Shown here piece by piece: positions 1 through 10,643 of a stretch of 64,000 bases of DNA. The DNA is from Bacteriovoracia bacterium (GTDB taxonomy: Bacteria > Bdellovibrionota > UBA1018 > JBFWNL01). The DNA is taken from the NCBI GenBank assembly GCA_050251055.1, contig JBFWNL010000002.1, positions 160,001 to 224,000 on the forward strand, written 5' to 3'. The position numbers and the translations under genes were made by a program. A model generated the notes under the pieces. That model was not told the origin of the DNA. It did not search any database and saw only the letters and a list, made by a program, of their open reading frames with translations. The stretch's first letter is position 1; each line of letters begins with the position of its first letter.

Positions 1-18
1 CGCGGCCGGAGGCACCCC

Positions 19-1920
19 ATGAACCTACGTCGTTCGTTTCGACTATTCGTGATCTTAAGTTGGGGTTTCCTGGGCATGGCCGCGCCGGCACCTAGCGGAC
101 CCACCGTGGAAGAAAGCGCCACCCACAGTTCCCAACTTGAAGGGTTCCTAGCGGCCGTCGTCAGCGCGCCTGACTCTCCCGGCAAGTCCGATTGGATTGC
201 CTACGAGAAGCTGCTCGGCGAGTACTTCCAGCGCGACAGCCTCGAGAGCAACCTCAAAAACGCGATCGCACTCAGCAAGCTGGCTGACAGCGTCTTTAAT
301 CCGGAGCGGACCGACCTTTACCTAAAGAAGCTGCAACTGATCGACCGCCTAGCCGATCAGAATCGCGAGGCCGCCTACGACGTAGGGCGATTCCTTGAGC
401 AGGAGTGGGAACGCCAATATGGATTTGGGTTGGGCCGTCGGCATGTCGACACGCTCAAAAACTCCACCCACCTGGGATCCGTCATTGGCATGACCCTGAT
501 GATGGCCGCCGTCGCCAGCCGCAGTAATCTGCGGATGATCCCGAAAGCCTTTCGTGTCTTTCGCAGCCTTTACGGGATCGCGCCGGGCCTTCCAGTCGCC
601 GGCGCCGTGGCCGGCTACGCCACGGGAAAAGCCATCAACGCGCTAGACGGCGCGCATCGGCGTCCGGCGCCCGCACAAGTGCTTCAATTTGGAGAAATTA
701 CCGACCAATCACTAGTTTTCGGGGACAACGCATGGCTACGGGACGTGATCCTCACGACGGCCGGAATCGGGGCGACTTCGGCCGCGCTGATGTACACCGC
801 CAGCGTCGTGGCTTGGCTACGCTACGCGGGCTTGGCCATCTCCGCCGTGACCGGAGAGTTCATCATTCCCGCGATCGTTGGACTCATCGTGGCGGCGGTG
901 TTTTACGGGATCGGAAAACTCATCGATTATGCCCACTACCGGAGCTTGCGCGCCGAGGTGACGGCCGCCCGCCGGAAGCTCGACGCGGCCGTGCGCGACC
1001 GTGATGACGAGGGTATCTATCGATATGCCGACGAGCTAGAAAAGGCGGCGGGCGCGTTCGCCGACTTGCTGAACCAACCAATCGCCGAGGCCATCGAAGA
1101 ATTTAATAGCGATACGGCGGAAGCCACCGACGACATCCTTCACCAGATTCCAGGCTTTTCGGCCCGGCTTTCCGAGATCAACCGTCGTTACCGCGTAGGG
1201 TTCGTCGCTCGGAAGTGGCGCTGGTTTCGGGAAAAGCTGGGCGTTGAGGACGAAACCGTGAGCGATGGAATCACCCGTCCCGGTGGGCGCGAGTACTTCC
1301 ACACCAAAGACGAGCGGGCGCTGGAGGAAATGCTCTCCTACCAGGAAGAGACCAGCCGCCTGCGCGAAAATTATTTAAAGGTGCTGGAACGATCGGGCCC
1401 GGTTTTTTCGAATCTAAAGCAAAAACTAGCGGAAAAATCGCGTAAGGCGATAGAAACGTTGTCGGAGACGGTGCGCGAGTTCGTGCGGGACAACCGCTTG
1501 GCCTACCACGCCGACTACGAAGACTACATGGTGAGAGAGCTCTTAGCCCAAGGCGACGACGAAACCTTGGCGATGATGCCGTTCACCGTCCGCAGTCGGG
1601 CCGAGATCTATCGCCGGAATTTCCAGGAATGTGTGACCACGCGACAGGTCGCGGGCGGGGATGCGCCGGTCGAGAGTTGTGCGATGGACTTTCCCAGCTA
1701 CCTCGCGCGCCTGGGCCGGGAGAAAAACCGTAAACTGATCGAGGAGCTCCGACGCGGCGAGGTCCGGGACCACGCGAACCACGTCCTGCTGCAGGCGGCC
1801 GCGTACATCGAGGCCCTGGAAAAGCCTTTCTTGCGTACGCAGGTGAACAACCTGATGACCAAGATCCAGCACGAAAATCTAAAAATATGGGCTCTGCAGC
1901 CCACCGAGGCGACGCCATGA
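19..1920 (+). CDS. Hypothetical secreted/membrane protein, 633 aa, with central hydrophobic helices and a helical C-terminus
   Basis: Long ORF after GGAGG RBS; signal-peptide-like N-terminus; several hydrophobic Gly/Ala segments; no recognised family. Confidence 0.7.
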   Translation: MNLRRSFRLFVILSWGFLGMAAPAPSGPTVEESATHSSQLEGFLAAVVSAPDSPGKSDWIAYEKLLGEYFQRDSLESNLKNAIALSKLADSVFNPERTDLYLKKLQLIDRLADQNREAAYDVGRFLEQEWERQYGFGLGRRHVDTLKNSTHLGSVIGMTLMMAAVASRSNLRMIPKAFRVFRSLYGIAPGLPVAGAVAGYATGKAINALDGAHRRPAPAQVLQFGEITDQSLVFGDNAWLRDVILTTAGIGATSAALMYTASVVAWLRYAGLAISAVTGEFIIPAIVGLIVAAVFYGIGKLIDYAHYRSLRAEVTAARRKLDAAVRDRDDEGIYRYADELEKAAGAFADLLNQPIAEAIEEFNSDTAEATDDILHQIPGFSARLSEINRRYRVGFVARKWRWFREKLGVEDETVSDGITRPGGREYFHTKDERALEEMLSYQEETSRLRENYLKVLERSGPVFSNLKQKLAEKSRKAIETLSETVREFVRDNRLAYHADYEDYMVRELLAQGDDETLAMMPFTVRSRAEIYRRNFQECVTTRQVAGGDAPVESCAMDFPSYLARLGREKNRKLIEELRRGEVRDHANHVLLQAAAYIEALEKPFLRTQVNNLMTKIQHENLKIWALQPTEATP

Positions 1921-3605
1921 AAATCATCTCTCCCGCTGTCGCCTGGACATTGATTGCTAGCCTGCTCACTTCCGCGGGGGGCGCGCCGTACGCCCACTCC
2001 GGATCTTCCGACGATCCGCGCGTTTCGGCGTTCGAACCCGAGCGCATCATCGCGCTGACTCGGGACTATTACTGCCAGACCACGCTGCTGCCTTCGGTCT
2101 GCATCCCCGAGCCGGTCCAGCAGGTGATCCTCGCCCAGTTCCTGGCGGAGATCCCGTTGCTCCCGGGCTCCGACGCTATCGAATCGTATAGCTCCGAAGA
2201 TCTCCACCAAGCGATCAAGCTCGCCTTGGCGTCCCAATTCTTCCGCTCCGCCCCACCCGCCGGGGCCGATTCCCTATCGGCGGAAACGCGCCTGGAAAAA
2301 GCCGCGAGCCTCGTGCTAGCCCTGGGCGCCGACGAAGGCCAGCTGGCTTCTACCCATGGCCCCCGGATGATGCACTTACTCCTAACGCTGCTTCCGGGCG
2401 TGAACTGGAATTGGTTTGAGACCGTGTTCGACGTCCTGCGCGCGGAGGAAATCTCCCGGCTGGAGTCCCTTTTAGCAAAAGTCGTAACCGCAAGCCCCGG
2501 CCAAACTCTAAAGCTTGCCGAAGTCCTCTATCAAGTGAACCAAGAAGGCATGGGCGCTTTGGGACTCGTGCCGCTCGACGCGAAGCAAGTCCACCGTGAG
2601 CTCGGCCTTCGGGAAAATGCCGAGCAGTTCATCGACCGCCTGGCGACCGCCCTCCCCGAGAGCGTACAGCTTTCATCCCATCGCCTAAGTTTCACTGCCG
2701 CTGGTAGCTACGCTATCGGGGAGACGATCGAAAAGCTTCTCGCACGGCACGCGAAATACACGGTAGCCAGCATCCGCAGCCAACTTTCCCCCGAGGACGT
2801 GCGGAGATTAGCCGGCGTCGTCGCGAATATGATTTTCGCCTCGACCGCTTCGCGACCCCATGCGTTTAACGATATCGTCGGTCACCTGCTCGCCGAGTAC
2901 GCGCACCACCCAGACATCCGCCAACCCCTAGCCCAGCTGCTGGAAAAAGTACGCGAGCTGCTCTCCGCGGAGCTCCGCGCGCGCCGTGAGCATAGCGTAA
3001 TCACGAGCGCCATCGGCGATGTCTTTTGGGTATGGAGCATGGCATCCCTTATGGCGGGCGTCGGTAAGGGTCGCCTCTTCACCGCCGGTAAGGGACTTAC
3101 CACCCTCCGGCGGTTCCGTCAGATCGTGAGCAAAGTATCGGCGGACATATTTCGTGCTGGCATCGATCCAAAAGTCTTGAAAATCTCTGTGGGCGTGGGC
3201 ATCCCGTATGCCATCGCCAAGGAAATCACCTACCAGATCGAGACCAAGCGCATCGACCCCCTGGATGCATTGGAGCGGATTCAACGCTCGCTCATCGAGG
3301 AAAAAACCAAACTCATGGGCGCTAACCGGCGAGCGCTCGAAGGCATGCTACCGCTTGAAGGCCAGCATCTACTCGAACATCAAATAAAGTTCAAAGCGCT
3401 GCTACGGCAGGTGGAAAAAGATATCGATGCCACCGACATCGACATGGCGGACCTTTATATCAACGCCAAGCACCTGAAAGCCGAACTGGAACCAGTGGCG
3501 GAAGACGTGATTTTCTGCCGAGACGCCGTGGCGAAACTCTACGAACGCTATCGTAACCTGATGGCCACGTCCGCCACTCCCGCCGTCTCGAACCCCGTCC
3601 CCTAG
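1917..3605 (+). CDS. Hypothetical secreted helical protein with late hydrophobic segments
   Basis: ATG at 1917 overlaps the upstream stop (ATGA); signal peptide MKIISPAVAWTLIASLL. Confidence 0.7.
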   Translation: MKIISPAVAWTLIASLLTSAGGAPYAHSGSSDDPRVSAFEPERIIALTRDYYCQTTLLPSVCIPEPVQQVILAQFLAEIPLLPGSDAIESYSSEDLHQAIKLALASQFFRSAPPAGADSLSAETRLEKAASLVLALGADEGQLASTHGPRMMHLLLTLLPGVNWNWFETVFDVLRAEEISRLESLLAKVVTASPGQTLKLAEVLYQVNQEGMGALGLVPLDAKQVHRELGLRENAEQFIDRLATALPESVQLSSHRLSFTAAGSYAIGETIEKLLARHAKYTVASIRSQLSPEDVRRLAGVVANMIFASTASRPHAFNDIVGHLLAEYAHHPDIRQPLAQLLEKVRELLSAELRARREHSVITSAIGDVFWVWSMASLMAGVGKGRLFTAGKGLTTLRRFRQIVSKVSADIFRAGIDPKVLKISVGVGIPYAIAKEITYQIETKRIDPLDALERIQRSLIEEKTKLMGANRRALEGMLPLEGQHLLEHQIKFKALLRQVEKDIDATDIDMADLYINAKHLKAELEPVAEDVIFCRDAVAKLYERYRNLMATSATPAVSNPVP

Positions 3606-3617
3606 CGGGACGTGACG

Positions 3618-4007
3618 CTATTTGACCTCGATCACTACGTGAAAATTGCTCATGCGAGCCAGGTTGCCGGCGCCGTCCAGCCGAAAACTCTCGGCGCGTC
3701 TTAACTTGTCGATGACGACTTCCAGATGCGCCTCGGTCAGCGCGAGCGTCGCGACCCACTCGCCCGGATTCGGATGCGCGAGCATCGCCCGACTCTCGGC
3801 GTCCCGAATTTTCCAGTAGATCGCCCACTGCTCCCCCGGAGGCCGAGGCTTGATTCGGACGCAGGGATCGGAAGCGGGCGTCTGCTTCGCGATTTCGAGC
3901 AGGTCGGCCCACGCGGCGGCGTCCACGGGTGAAAGCGTGCAGCTCAGTTCAGTCTGCCACTTCGCGTGGGGGGCGGCTTGGTAAGGGATATCGAAAAAAG
4001 GCGCCAT
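3618..4007 (-). CDS. Hypothetical protein
   Basis: ORF filling the gap downstream of the peroxiredoxin; likely start MAPFFDIPY at 4007. Confidence 0.55.
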   Translation of the reverse strand: MAPFFDIPYQAAPHAKWQTELSCTLSPVDAAAWADLLEIAKQTPASDPCVRIKPRPPGEQWAIYWKIRDAESRAMLAHPNPGEWVATLALTEAHLEVVIDKLRRAESFRLDGAGNLARMSNFHVVIEVK

Positions 4008-4068
4008 ATGAAAAAAGCCGGGACAAGCCACCGCCTGTCCCGGCCTCAAATTCAATCGAATCGTGTGC

Positions 4069-4617
4069 TTACTTTTTGATCGTGGCCTTGCCGGGCTTCC
4101 AGTCGACGGGGCAAAGCTCGCCGGTTTGGAGGGCGGAAAGCGTGCGGAGCACTTCGTCCACCGAACGGCCCACGCCCAAAGCGTTAACCGACATATACTG
4201 GAGGGTACCTTGCGGGTCGATCAAGAACGTTCCGCGCAGGGTAATGCCCTTGTCTTCGATCAGGACGTTGTAATCGCGCGAAACAAAGTGCGCGGTGTCG
4301 GCAAGCACGGGGAAGCGAACTTCCTTGAGGTCGCGCTCGAACCAAGCCTTATGCGAATGTTCGCTATCGGTGCTCGCACCGATGATCTCGCAGTTGAGTT
4401 CCTTGAACTTAGCGGCTTGTTCGGCGAAGCCACGGATTTCCGTCGGGCAAACGAAGGTGAAGTCGAGCGGATAGAAAAACAAGCAGACCCACTTGCCTTT
4501 GAAATCCTTCAGGGAGACTTCCTTGAAGTCACCGCCTTGGTAAGCCATGGTCTTGAATTGGGGGGCTGGCATGCCGACGCGCAGGGCCGGATGATTCGTA
4601 TGAGTCGTATTCGTCAT
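4069..4617 (-). CDS. ahpC: 2-Cys peroxiredoxin (AhpC/TSA family)
   Basis: FYPLDFTFVCPTE peroxidatic motif; C-terminal LCPVDW resolving Cys; AGGAG RBS before ATG 4617. Confidence 0.93.
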   Translation of the reverse strand: MTNTTHTNHPALRVGMPAPQFKTMAYQGGDFKEVSLKDFKGKWVCLFFYPLDFTFVCPTEIRGFAEQAAKFKELNCEIIGASTDSEHSHKAWFERDLKEVRFPVLADTAHFVSRDYNVLIEDKGITLRGTFLIDPQGTLQYMSVNALGVGRSVDEVLRTLSALQTGELCPVDWKPGKATIKK

Positions 4618-4728
4618 AAGGTTCTCCTGAAGTTCTTCTGAATGGTTTTGAACGCTCAGGTTTAGCGTTTTAGGGCTCAAAACGCCACCGAATTTCAGGC
4701 GTGGAGGGCGGAGCTCGCAAAAATAACG

Positions 4729-5652
4729 CTAGGCGGCTTTTTTCTTGGGATCGACGACTGGGAGCGCGCTGGAGCTAGCCTCCTCGGTGGCCCCCGCCGG
4801 CCCCTGGAGCCCGACCGCCTTGGAAATGGGGTAGAGCTGGAAGTTCAGCTGATAGACCCGTCCGGAGGTGGGTAGCCCCTCTCCTGCGATTTTTAACAGC
4901 TCGTCCTTGAAGTTCCGCAGAAGATCCTTCATACGCGCGAACTGGTCGGCGCTCGCCAATAAAGTGACGGAGGAAACCTCGCGTTCGCGCTTAGGCACAG
5001 TCTTTAGGCTTTCCGCCGCCATCAGGATCATCTGGCGGTGGAACTTTGCGACACTGACAGAAACCACGTCGTCGGGCGTCGTCACCACCGGCTCCGAAAG
5101 CTCGAGCCTGCCCTCAGTGTTTCGCTGAAGCAACCCAATGGCCTGGAGTCGCGTGAGCGCTTCCCGGGCCTCGTCGGCGGAAATCGGCGGGCTGAGCTGC
5201 GCGGCGATCCACGCGGGATCCTCGCGAAAATCGCGCGCAGCGGCCATCTCGCGAATCGGGATGTAATACCAGCGCGCGTAGTAGTCGAGCTGTAGCTCCC
5301 GGATTGGTCGCAGCTCCTCGAACTGGGAGTTCTTGACGAGATCGGCCTCAAAACGGCGCTGAGCTTCGGGATTATCCGCCTGGTTGAAGCGCACCAACGA
5401 TTCAAAGTAACGCTTTTCGTGCTGATTCAGCCCGAGCGCCTTGGCGAATCTTTTGATCGTATCCGTCGTGAGGTTGCGCTTACCGTCGATGACCCAACGG
5501 AAGTAGTTGGGTGAGCTCAAACCGGCCACGCGGGAAAGGTGCCGGAAAGAAAAGCCCGGCTTCCAGCGTTTCATGTGCTCCACGTGATCGCGAATGAACC
5601 CGCGGTAATCCCGATAGGAAAAAATTCGCGGTTTATTTTCTTGTCCAGACAT
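4729..5652 (-). CDS. TIGR02147/DUF4423 family HTH protein, copy 1
   Basis: IFSYRDYR..FSFRHLSRVAGLSSPNY..GKRNL HTH; WYYIPIREM; C-terminal VYQLNFQLYP. Confidence 0.88.
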   Translation of the reverse strand: MSGQENKPRIFSYRDYRGFIRDHVEHMKRWKPGFSFRHLSRVAGLSSPNYFRWVIDGKRNLTTDTIKRFAKALGLNQHEKRYFESLVRFNQADNPEAQRRFEADLVKNSQFEELRPIRELQLDYYARWYYIPIREMAAARDFREDPAWIAAQLSPPISADEAREALTRLQAIGLLQRNTEGRLELSEPVVTTPDDVVSVSVAKFHRQMILMAAESLKTVPKREREVSSVTLLASADQFARMKDLLRNFKDELLKIAGEGLPTSGRVYQLNFQLYPISKAVGLQGPAGATEEASSSALPVVDPKKKAA

Positions 5653-5661
5653 ACAAATTCC

Positions 5662-6327
5662 CTATTTGCCGAGGGAGTTGGGTTGACTCGTGAGCCCTGC
5701 CGCGTTCTGCGAAAAACTGACTTCGGCATAGGAATACACACGGCCACAGCTCGTGCGCAGGTATCCGAACAGGTCATATAATTTAACTGAGACCTGGGCC
5801 ACTGAGCCGCGGGCGGCGTTGTAAGCGCGCCGTAATATGGGGTGCGTGCAGCTAAGCTGCTCGACCTGGTCGCCGCAGGACGTGCCTGCCGCCGGGTTGT
5901 AGATCACCGCACCGTCGATTTCCGCATCGAAGATCGCGGATAAATTATTGAAGACCGTGTCATTCAACGGCGTCACACCGACGGGCGTGAGCATTCCTCC
6001 GGCGCCGAGCGTTCCCGGCGCAAATCCGCCCCCCGGACTACCGGAATGCGCCGGCGCGCGGTCGTCGAGGCCAAGCACCTGCTCGAGATTTTCGTTTTCA
6101 AGTGCCAGCGGCATACAAACGCTAGGAATGTCGACCGCATAGCATTCGTGGAGTTTTTCACAAACGCGTTCCACCATACGATATCCGCCGGAGCCCCCGT
6201 ATGGGTTTTCCGGATTCCCGCTCCCCGTCGGCAAACGGCTGATGGTCGTGTTGGTACTCACGGCGCACGCGCTCATCCAAGCGCAGAGCACCAGCCCCAG
6301 AAAATGAAATTTGAATTTTGGCCCCAT
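5662..6327 (-). CDS. Cys-patterned lipoprotein with T-G-S-G-N motif
   Basis: Lipobox WMSA-C; Cys spacing similar to the ORFs at 16675-17860; ends 9 bp before the TIGR02147 gene. Confidence 0.7.
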   Translation of the reverse strand: MGPKFKFHFLGLVLCAWMSACAVSTNTTISRLPTGSGNPENPYGGSGGYRMVERVCEKLHECYAVDIPSVCMPLALENENLEQVLGLDDRAPAHSGSPGGGFAPGTLGAGGMLTPVGVTPLNDTVFNNLSAIFDAEIDGAVIYNPAAGTSCGDQVEQLSCTHPILRRAYNAARGSVAQVSVKLYDLFGYLRTSCGRVYSYAEVSFSQNAAGLTSQPNSLGK

Positions 6328-6494
6328 TGTCCCTAATTTTAACGGGTTAGGGCGCTTCCCGGAATGTGTCCTCTCCGACCCGGAGGGAACTCGCGCTTAG
6401 CCATTGAAATGTCTACGTTTGTTTACGCGGAAAATCCGTGCGTTTCTGTGAACGGCCGGAAAAAACACAGTTTTTAGGCTAACTTGGCGATCGG

Positions 6495-7316
6495 CTACTT
6501 CTTCGCGCCGTCGGTGGCCATGCGCTCGATCGCGAGATCCACGGGGATCTCTTTGGCCGCGCCACCACCGCCCAAGCCGCCATCGGGCAGCGCGGGATTC
6601 ACGCCGGCGAGCTTGAGGCTCGCGGCGTCGTCCTTGGACGGAGGTCCGAGCGATAGCAGATAGTGCGTAACCGCCCAGCGATCGTCGACCGGCATCGTGC
6701 TGAAAGCCGGCATCGGGCTCAACCCGTTGGTGACGGTGTGGAAAACTTCGCCCGGTTTACGGCCTTTCTTCCAGCCATCGGCCGAGGTGAAATTACGAGG
6801 ATGCGGAGTCAACGCCGCCCCCGCCGCGCCATCGCCCTTGCCCTCATTGCCGTGGCACATGGCGCAGTTATTCGCGTAAAGCGTCTTCCCGTGCGCGAGA
6901 ATTTCGGGTCCCGGCTCCCATGGGCGTTTGAACTTAAGCTCCCCCGACGACTTGATCTCTTTCAAGAGCGACGCGCCTTTCGGGACATATACGTCGCCCC
7001 GGAAAAACAGATCCGTCACCGTGAGCACGACAAAAATAGCGACAAAAACGAACGAGGTCAGGAAGATCGTCCGGTTCTCGTTGTTGTCGTACTTGAGACC
7101 CATGAAGAAAAGCACGACCAAGAGCGCCTTCACCGTGGCAACTAACATCGCCACCGTGAAGTTCAACGCACCCAGATCCACCCGGGCCACCGCGACGGTA
7201 ATAATTGTTCCGATGATCAGGGCGATAAAGATCTTGAGCCCCATTGAATCGGGTAGGATATGGTGCTTATGCTCGCCGCCGTGATCGGCCTCGTGAGAAT
7301 GATGTCCGCTTGCCAT
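6495..7316 (-). CDS. Cytochrome c oxidase subunit IV family protein fused to a C-terminal monoheme cytochrome c
   Basis: Three TM helices with VKALLVVLFFMGLKY motif; CAMCH heme motif; distal MPAF Met; last gene of the cox operon. Confidence 0.88.
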   Translation of the reverse strand: MASGHHSHEADHGGEHKHHILPDSMGLKIFIALIIGTIITVAVARVDLGALNFTVAMLVATVKALLVVLFFMGLKYDNNENRTIFLTSFVFVAIFVVLTVTDLFFRGDVYVPKGASLLKEIKSSGELKFKRPWEPGPEILAHGKTLYANNCAMCHGNEGKGDGAAGAALTPHPRNFTSADGWKKGRKPGEVFHTVTNGLSPMPAFSTMPVDDRWAVTHYLLSLGPPSKDDAASLKLAGVNPALPDGGLGGGGAAKEIPVDLAIERMATDGAKK

Positions 7317-7332
7317 AGTTTATCCCTCTCCC

Positions 7333-7989
7333 TCAGCCCACCAGGTACAGCAATGGGAACAAGTAAATCCAGACCAAGTCGACGAAGTGCCAGTACAGCC
7401 CGACCATTTCCACGGGCGTGAAGTACTCCGGCGTAAACTCGTTCTTGCGCGCACGCAAAAGAATCCAAACCAACGCGCCGATCCCGCCCACCACGTGGAT
7501 AGCGTGTAGGCCAGTCATGCAGAAGTAGAGCGAAAAGAAGATCGGGGCTTTCGGCGCTTCCGCGAGCAGCTCGGGGTTATTGAATAGTCCCGCTGGCAGC
7601 AAGCCGTGGTGGATCTTCGCGGAGTATTCGATGTATTTGACGGCCACGAACCCGAAGGCGCAGAGAATGGTCGGAATGAGATTGCGCACGACCTTGGCAT
7701 TGTTCCCCATCTGGGCCGCCGTCACCGCGCGAGCCATCGTGAACGACGAGAAGATGAGAACCACCGTGTTCAGAGCACCCAGCTTCCAGTTAAGCTCCAT
7801 ATGGGCGTGATGAAAGTCATGGGTGTAGAACCCGCGAAAGATCGCGTACGCCACGAACAGCGGGCTGAAGAATAGAACTTCTTGCAACAGGAAGAGCCAC
7901 ATCCCCTGCTTGCAGGTATCGAACTCGTGCGCATGGCTGGTAAAGTGATGCGCGTGGTGCCGGCCTCCGGCCGATGGTGCATGTCCCAT
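7333..7989 (-). CDS. ctaE: Cytochrome c oxidase subunit III
   Basis: GMWLFLLQEVLFF, TGLHAIHV, GLYWHFVDLVWIYLFPLLY. Confidence 0.95.
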   Translation of the reverse strand: MGHAPSAGGRHHAHHFTSHAHEFDTCKQGMWLFLLQEVLFFSPLFVAYAIFRGFYTHDFHHAHMELNWKLGALNTVVLIFSSFTMARAVTAAQMGNNAKVVRNLIPTILCAFGFVAVKYIEYSAKIHHGLLPAGLFNNPELLAEAPKAPIFFSLYFCMTGLHAIHVVGGIGALVWILLRARKNEFTPEYFTPVEMVGLYWHFVDLVWIYLFPLLYLVG

Positions 7990-7999
7990 AATCTCTCCC

Positions 8000-9595
8000 T
8001 TAAGACCTGTACTCGTAGAAGCCTTCCGTAACGACTGGATCCTTCAAAAAGTTTTCGAGCGGCGGCGGCGAAGGCGACTGCCACTCCAGCGTCAATGAAT
8101 TCCAAGGATTGTCACCCGCCTTCGGGCCCGACATCAGCGCGCGCCACAAGTAGATCGCCGCGAGCACGAACCCCAAACCGATCATCCAGGAGCCTACCGT
8201 GGAAATCTGGTTCATGAGGGTGAAGCCCGCTTTGTAATCATAGTAACGGCGCGGCATGCCTTGCGAGCCCGCGATGAACTGCGGGAAGAACGTCACGTTG
8301 AAACCCAGGAAGATCAGGAACCAGGACACCTTCGCGGCGCCTTCACTGTACATCTTCCCGAACGCTTTCGGGAACCAGTAGTGGATCGCGGCCATGAACC
8401 CCATAATCGCGCCGCCCACCATCACGTAGTGGAAGTGCGCGACCACGAAGTAAGTGTCGGTGAAGTGCACGTCGATCGCCAGGGTCGCCAACATCACACC
8501 GGTGAGGCCGCCGATCGTGAACACGAATAGAAATGCGAACGCGTAAAGCATCGGAGCATTGAAATGGATCTTGCCCTTGTACATGGTGGCGACCCAGCTA
8601 AACACCTTCACGCCCGTCGGCACGGCGACGAACATGGTGAGGAGCGAGAAGATGAAGTTAGCGAGCTCCGATTGGCCAGAGACGTACATGTGGTGGCCCC
8701 ACACGATGAACGCCACGAGTGCGATACCGAAAGTGGCAAACGCGATGGCCTTGTAACCAAATACGGGCTTACGCGAGAAAACGGGGATCACTTCCGAGAT
8801 CACGCCCATCGCCGGCAGAATCATGATGTACACGGCCGGGTGGGAATAGAACCAGAAGAAATGCTGGAAGAGCACGGGATCGCCGCCTAAGGTCGGATCA
8901 AAGATACCGATGCCCATGGTCTTTTCAATGGCGAGAAGCGCGAGGGTCAAGGCCAAGACAGGGGTAGCGAGCAGCTGCACGACGCTGGTCGCGTAAAGCG
9001 CCCACAAGAACAGCGGCAACCGGCCCCAGGTGAGACCGGGCGCGCGCAACTTATGAATGGTCGCGATGAAGTTCAAACCGGTGAAGATGGACGAGAAGCC
9101 CATCACGAAAGCGGCCGTCAGCATCAATGCCGCGCTGGTTCCGGTACGCACCGAGTAAGGCGCGTAAAACGTCCACCCCGTGTCCACACCGCGGAAAAGC
9201 AGGGTCGATAGCGCGATGGCGGCGCCTCCCATGAAGACGTAGTAGGAAGCCAGATTCAGCCGCGGGAACGCGACGTCCTTCGCCCCAATCATCATGGGCA
9301 GCACGAAGTTACCGATCGCGGCCGGGATCATGGGAATGATGACCATGAAGACCATGATCGCCCCGTGGTACGTAAACACCTTGTTATAGGTGTCCGCGCC
9401 CATGATCGTCTGACCGGGCGTGAAGAGCTCCAAACGGATCAAGAGCGCGAATATCCCGCCCAAGAGAAAGAAGAAGAAGATGCTGAAGATATACATCAAC
9501 CCGATGCGCTTATGGTCCAGGGTGTGCGTCCAGGACTTCAGCCCGTGGGTGACGTTTAAGTAGTTTGTTCCGGGTGCCGAGGCGTGTGCTGACAT
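8000..9595 (-). CDS. ctaD: Cytochrome c oxidase subunit I (A-type)
   Basis: [23 protein letters not shown] (YS variant), [21 protein letters not shown]. Confidence 0.97.
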   Translation of the reverse strand: MSAHASAPGTNYLNVTHGLKSWTHTLDHKRIGLMYIFSIFFFFLLGGIFALLIRLELFTPGQTIMGADTYNKVFTYHGAIMVFMVIIPMIPAAIGNFVLPMMIGAKDVAFPRLNLASYYVFMGGAAIALSTLLFRGVDTGWTFYAPYSVRTGTSAALMLTAAFVMGFSSIFTGLNFIATIHKLRAPGLTWGRLPLFLWALYATSVVQLLATPVLALTLALLAIEKTMGIGIFDPTLGGDPVLFQHFFWFYSHPAVYIMILPAMGVISEVIPVFSRKPVFGYKAIAFATFGIALVAFIVWGHHMYVSGQSELANFIFSLLTMFVAVPTGVKVFSWVATMYKGKIHFNAPMLYAFAFLFVFTIGGLTGVMLATLAIDVHFTDTYFVVAHFHYVMVGGAIMGFMAAIHYWFPKAFGKMYSEGAAKVSWFLIFLGFNVTFFPQFIAGSQGMPRRYYDYKAGFTLMNQISTVGSWMIGLGFVLAAIYLWRALMSGPKAGDNPWNSLTLEWQSPSPPPLENFLKDPVVTEGFYEYRS

Positions 9596-9602
9596 GCTTT
9601 CC

Positions 9603-10619
9603 TCACTTTAAGCTTTTGATGAATTCGACCAGCGCCTTGATGTCGTCTGGCTTCAAATTCCCCGCCAGCGGCGGCATGACCAGGCCCTCATAGCCCTTCG
9701 TGATCTTCAGTTGCGGCTTCTCGATGGACTCGATGATATAGGCGTCATCCACCTTCACCTTCGTCCCATCTGAGAGTTCTTCCGTCGAGCCGTACAGGCC
9801 TTTCCAGCTCGGGCCGACGCGCTTCGTGCCGTCGATCGAGTGGCAAGCCACGCAAGTAGCGGTTTGGTAGAGCTTGCTGCCTGCTTCCGCGAGCGGCGAG
9901 AGCTTCACTACGGGAGCGGAGCCACCGGAGGAAGCCAGCTGACCCGGTTCATTACCCGGTAGGCCTTCCATACGGCCACGCTCAAACTTCTTCCATTGTT
10001 CGTCGTTCAAAACATACAAATCGGCCAGCATCGCCGAGTGAGCCGTTCCACAATACTCGGCGCAGAACACCTGGTGCTTGCCTTCGGCCTTGGCCTGAAA
10101 CCACACCGAGGTGTACATGCCCGGCACGACGTCTTGCTTGATGCGGAAATCGGGTACGAAGAAGCTATGGATCACGTCTTCCAGCTTGCTAGACATGATC
10201 AGCTTCACCGGTCGGTTCGCCGGCACGTAAACTTTGTTTTCGGTCACGCGGCCATCGTCATACTGGAAAGTCCAACGCCACTGCTGACCGACCACGCGAA
10301 TTTCGTACGCGTTCGCCGGCGGTTGCACCATGTCCACGTAGAGGATCCAACCCCAGTAGAAGATGATGAGCACGAGCACGGTCGGAATGGCGGTCCACAA
10401 AATCTCGAGCGGGACGTGGCCGTGGATGTATTCGGTCTTATGGTTGTTGCTGGCGCGATACTTCCACGCGAACCACACCATCGCACCGATGACGAGCACG
10501 AAGAAAAACAGGCTGAGATAAAACAGGAAAAGATACAGGGTGTCCCAACGAGCCGCGATGTCGGTTGCCGCTATGGGGAGGGAGCCGCCCAGGGCTCCGT
10601 GAAGATTACCACCGTTCAT
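9603..10619 (-). CDS. ctaC: Cytochrome c oxidase subunit II with fused cytochrome c (caa3 type)
   Basis: LEILWTAIP, DVIHSF, CuA motif CAEYCGTAHSAM, C-terminal CVACH. Confidence 0.96.
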   Translation of the reverse strand: MNGGNLHGALGGSLPIAATDIAARWDTLYLFLFYLSLFFFVLVIGAMVWFAWKYRASNNHKTEYIHGHVPLEILWTAIPTVLVLIIFYWGWILYVDMVQPPANAYEIRVVGQQWRWTFQYDDGRVTENKVYVPANRPVKLIMSSKLEDVIHSFFVPDFRIKQDVVPGMYTSVWFQAKAEGKHQVFCAEYCGTAHSAMLADLYVLNDEQWKKFERGRMEGLPGNEPGQLASSGGSAPVVKLSPLAEAGSKLYQTATCVACHSIDGTKRVGPSWKGLYGSTEELSDGTKVKVDDAYIIESIEKPQLKITKGYEGLVMPPLAGNLKPDDIKALVEFIKSLK

Positions 10620-10643
10620 GAAACTGATCCCCCTCTGAGATCT

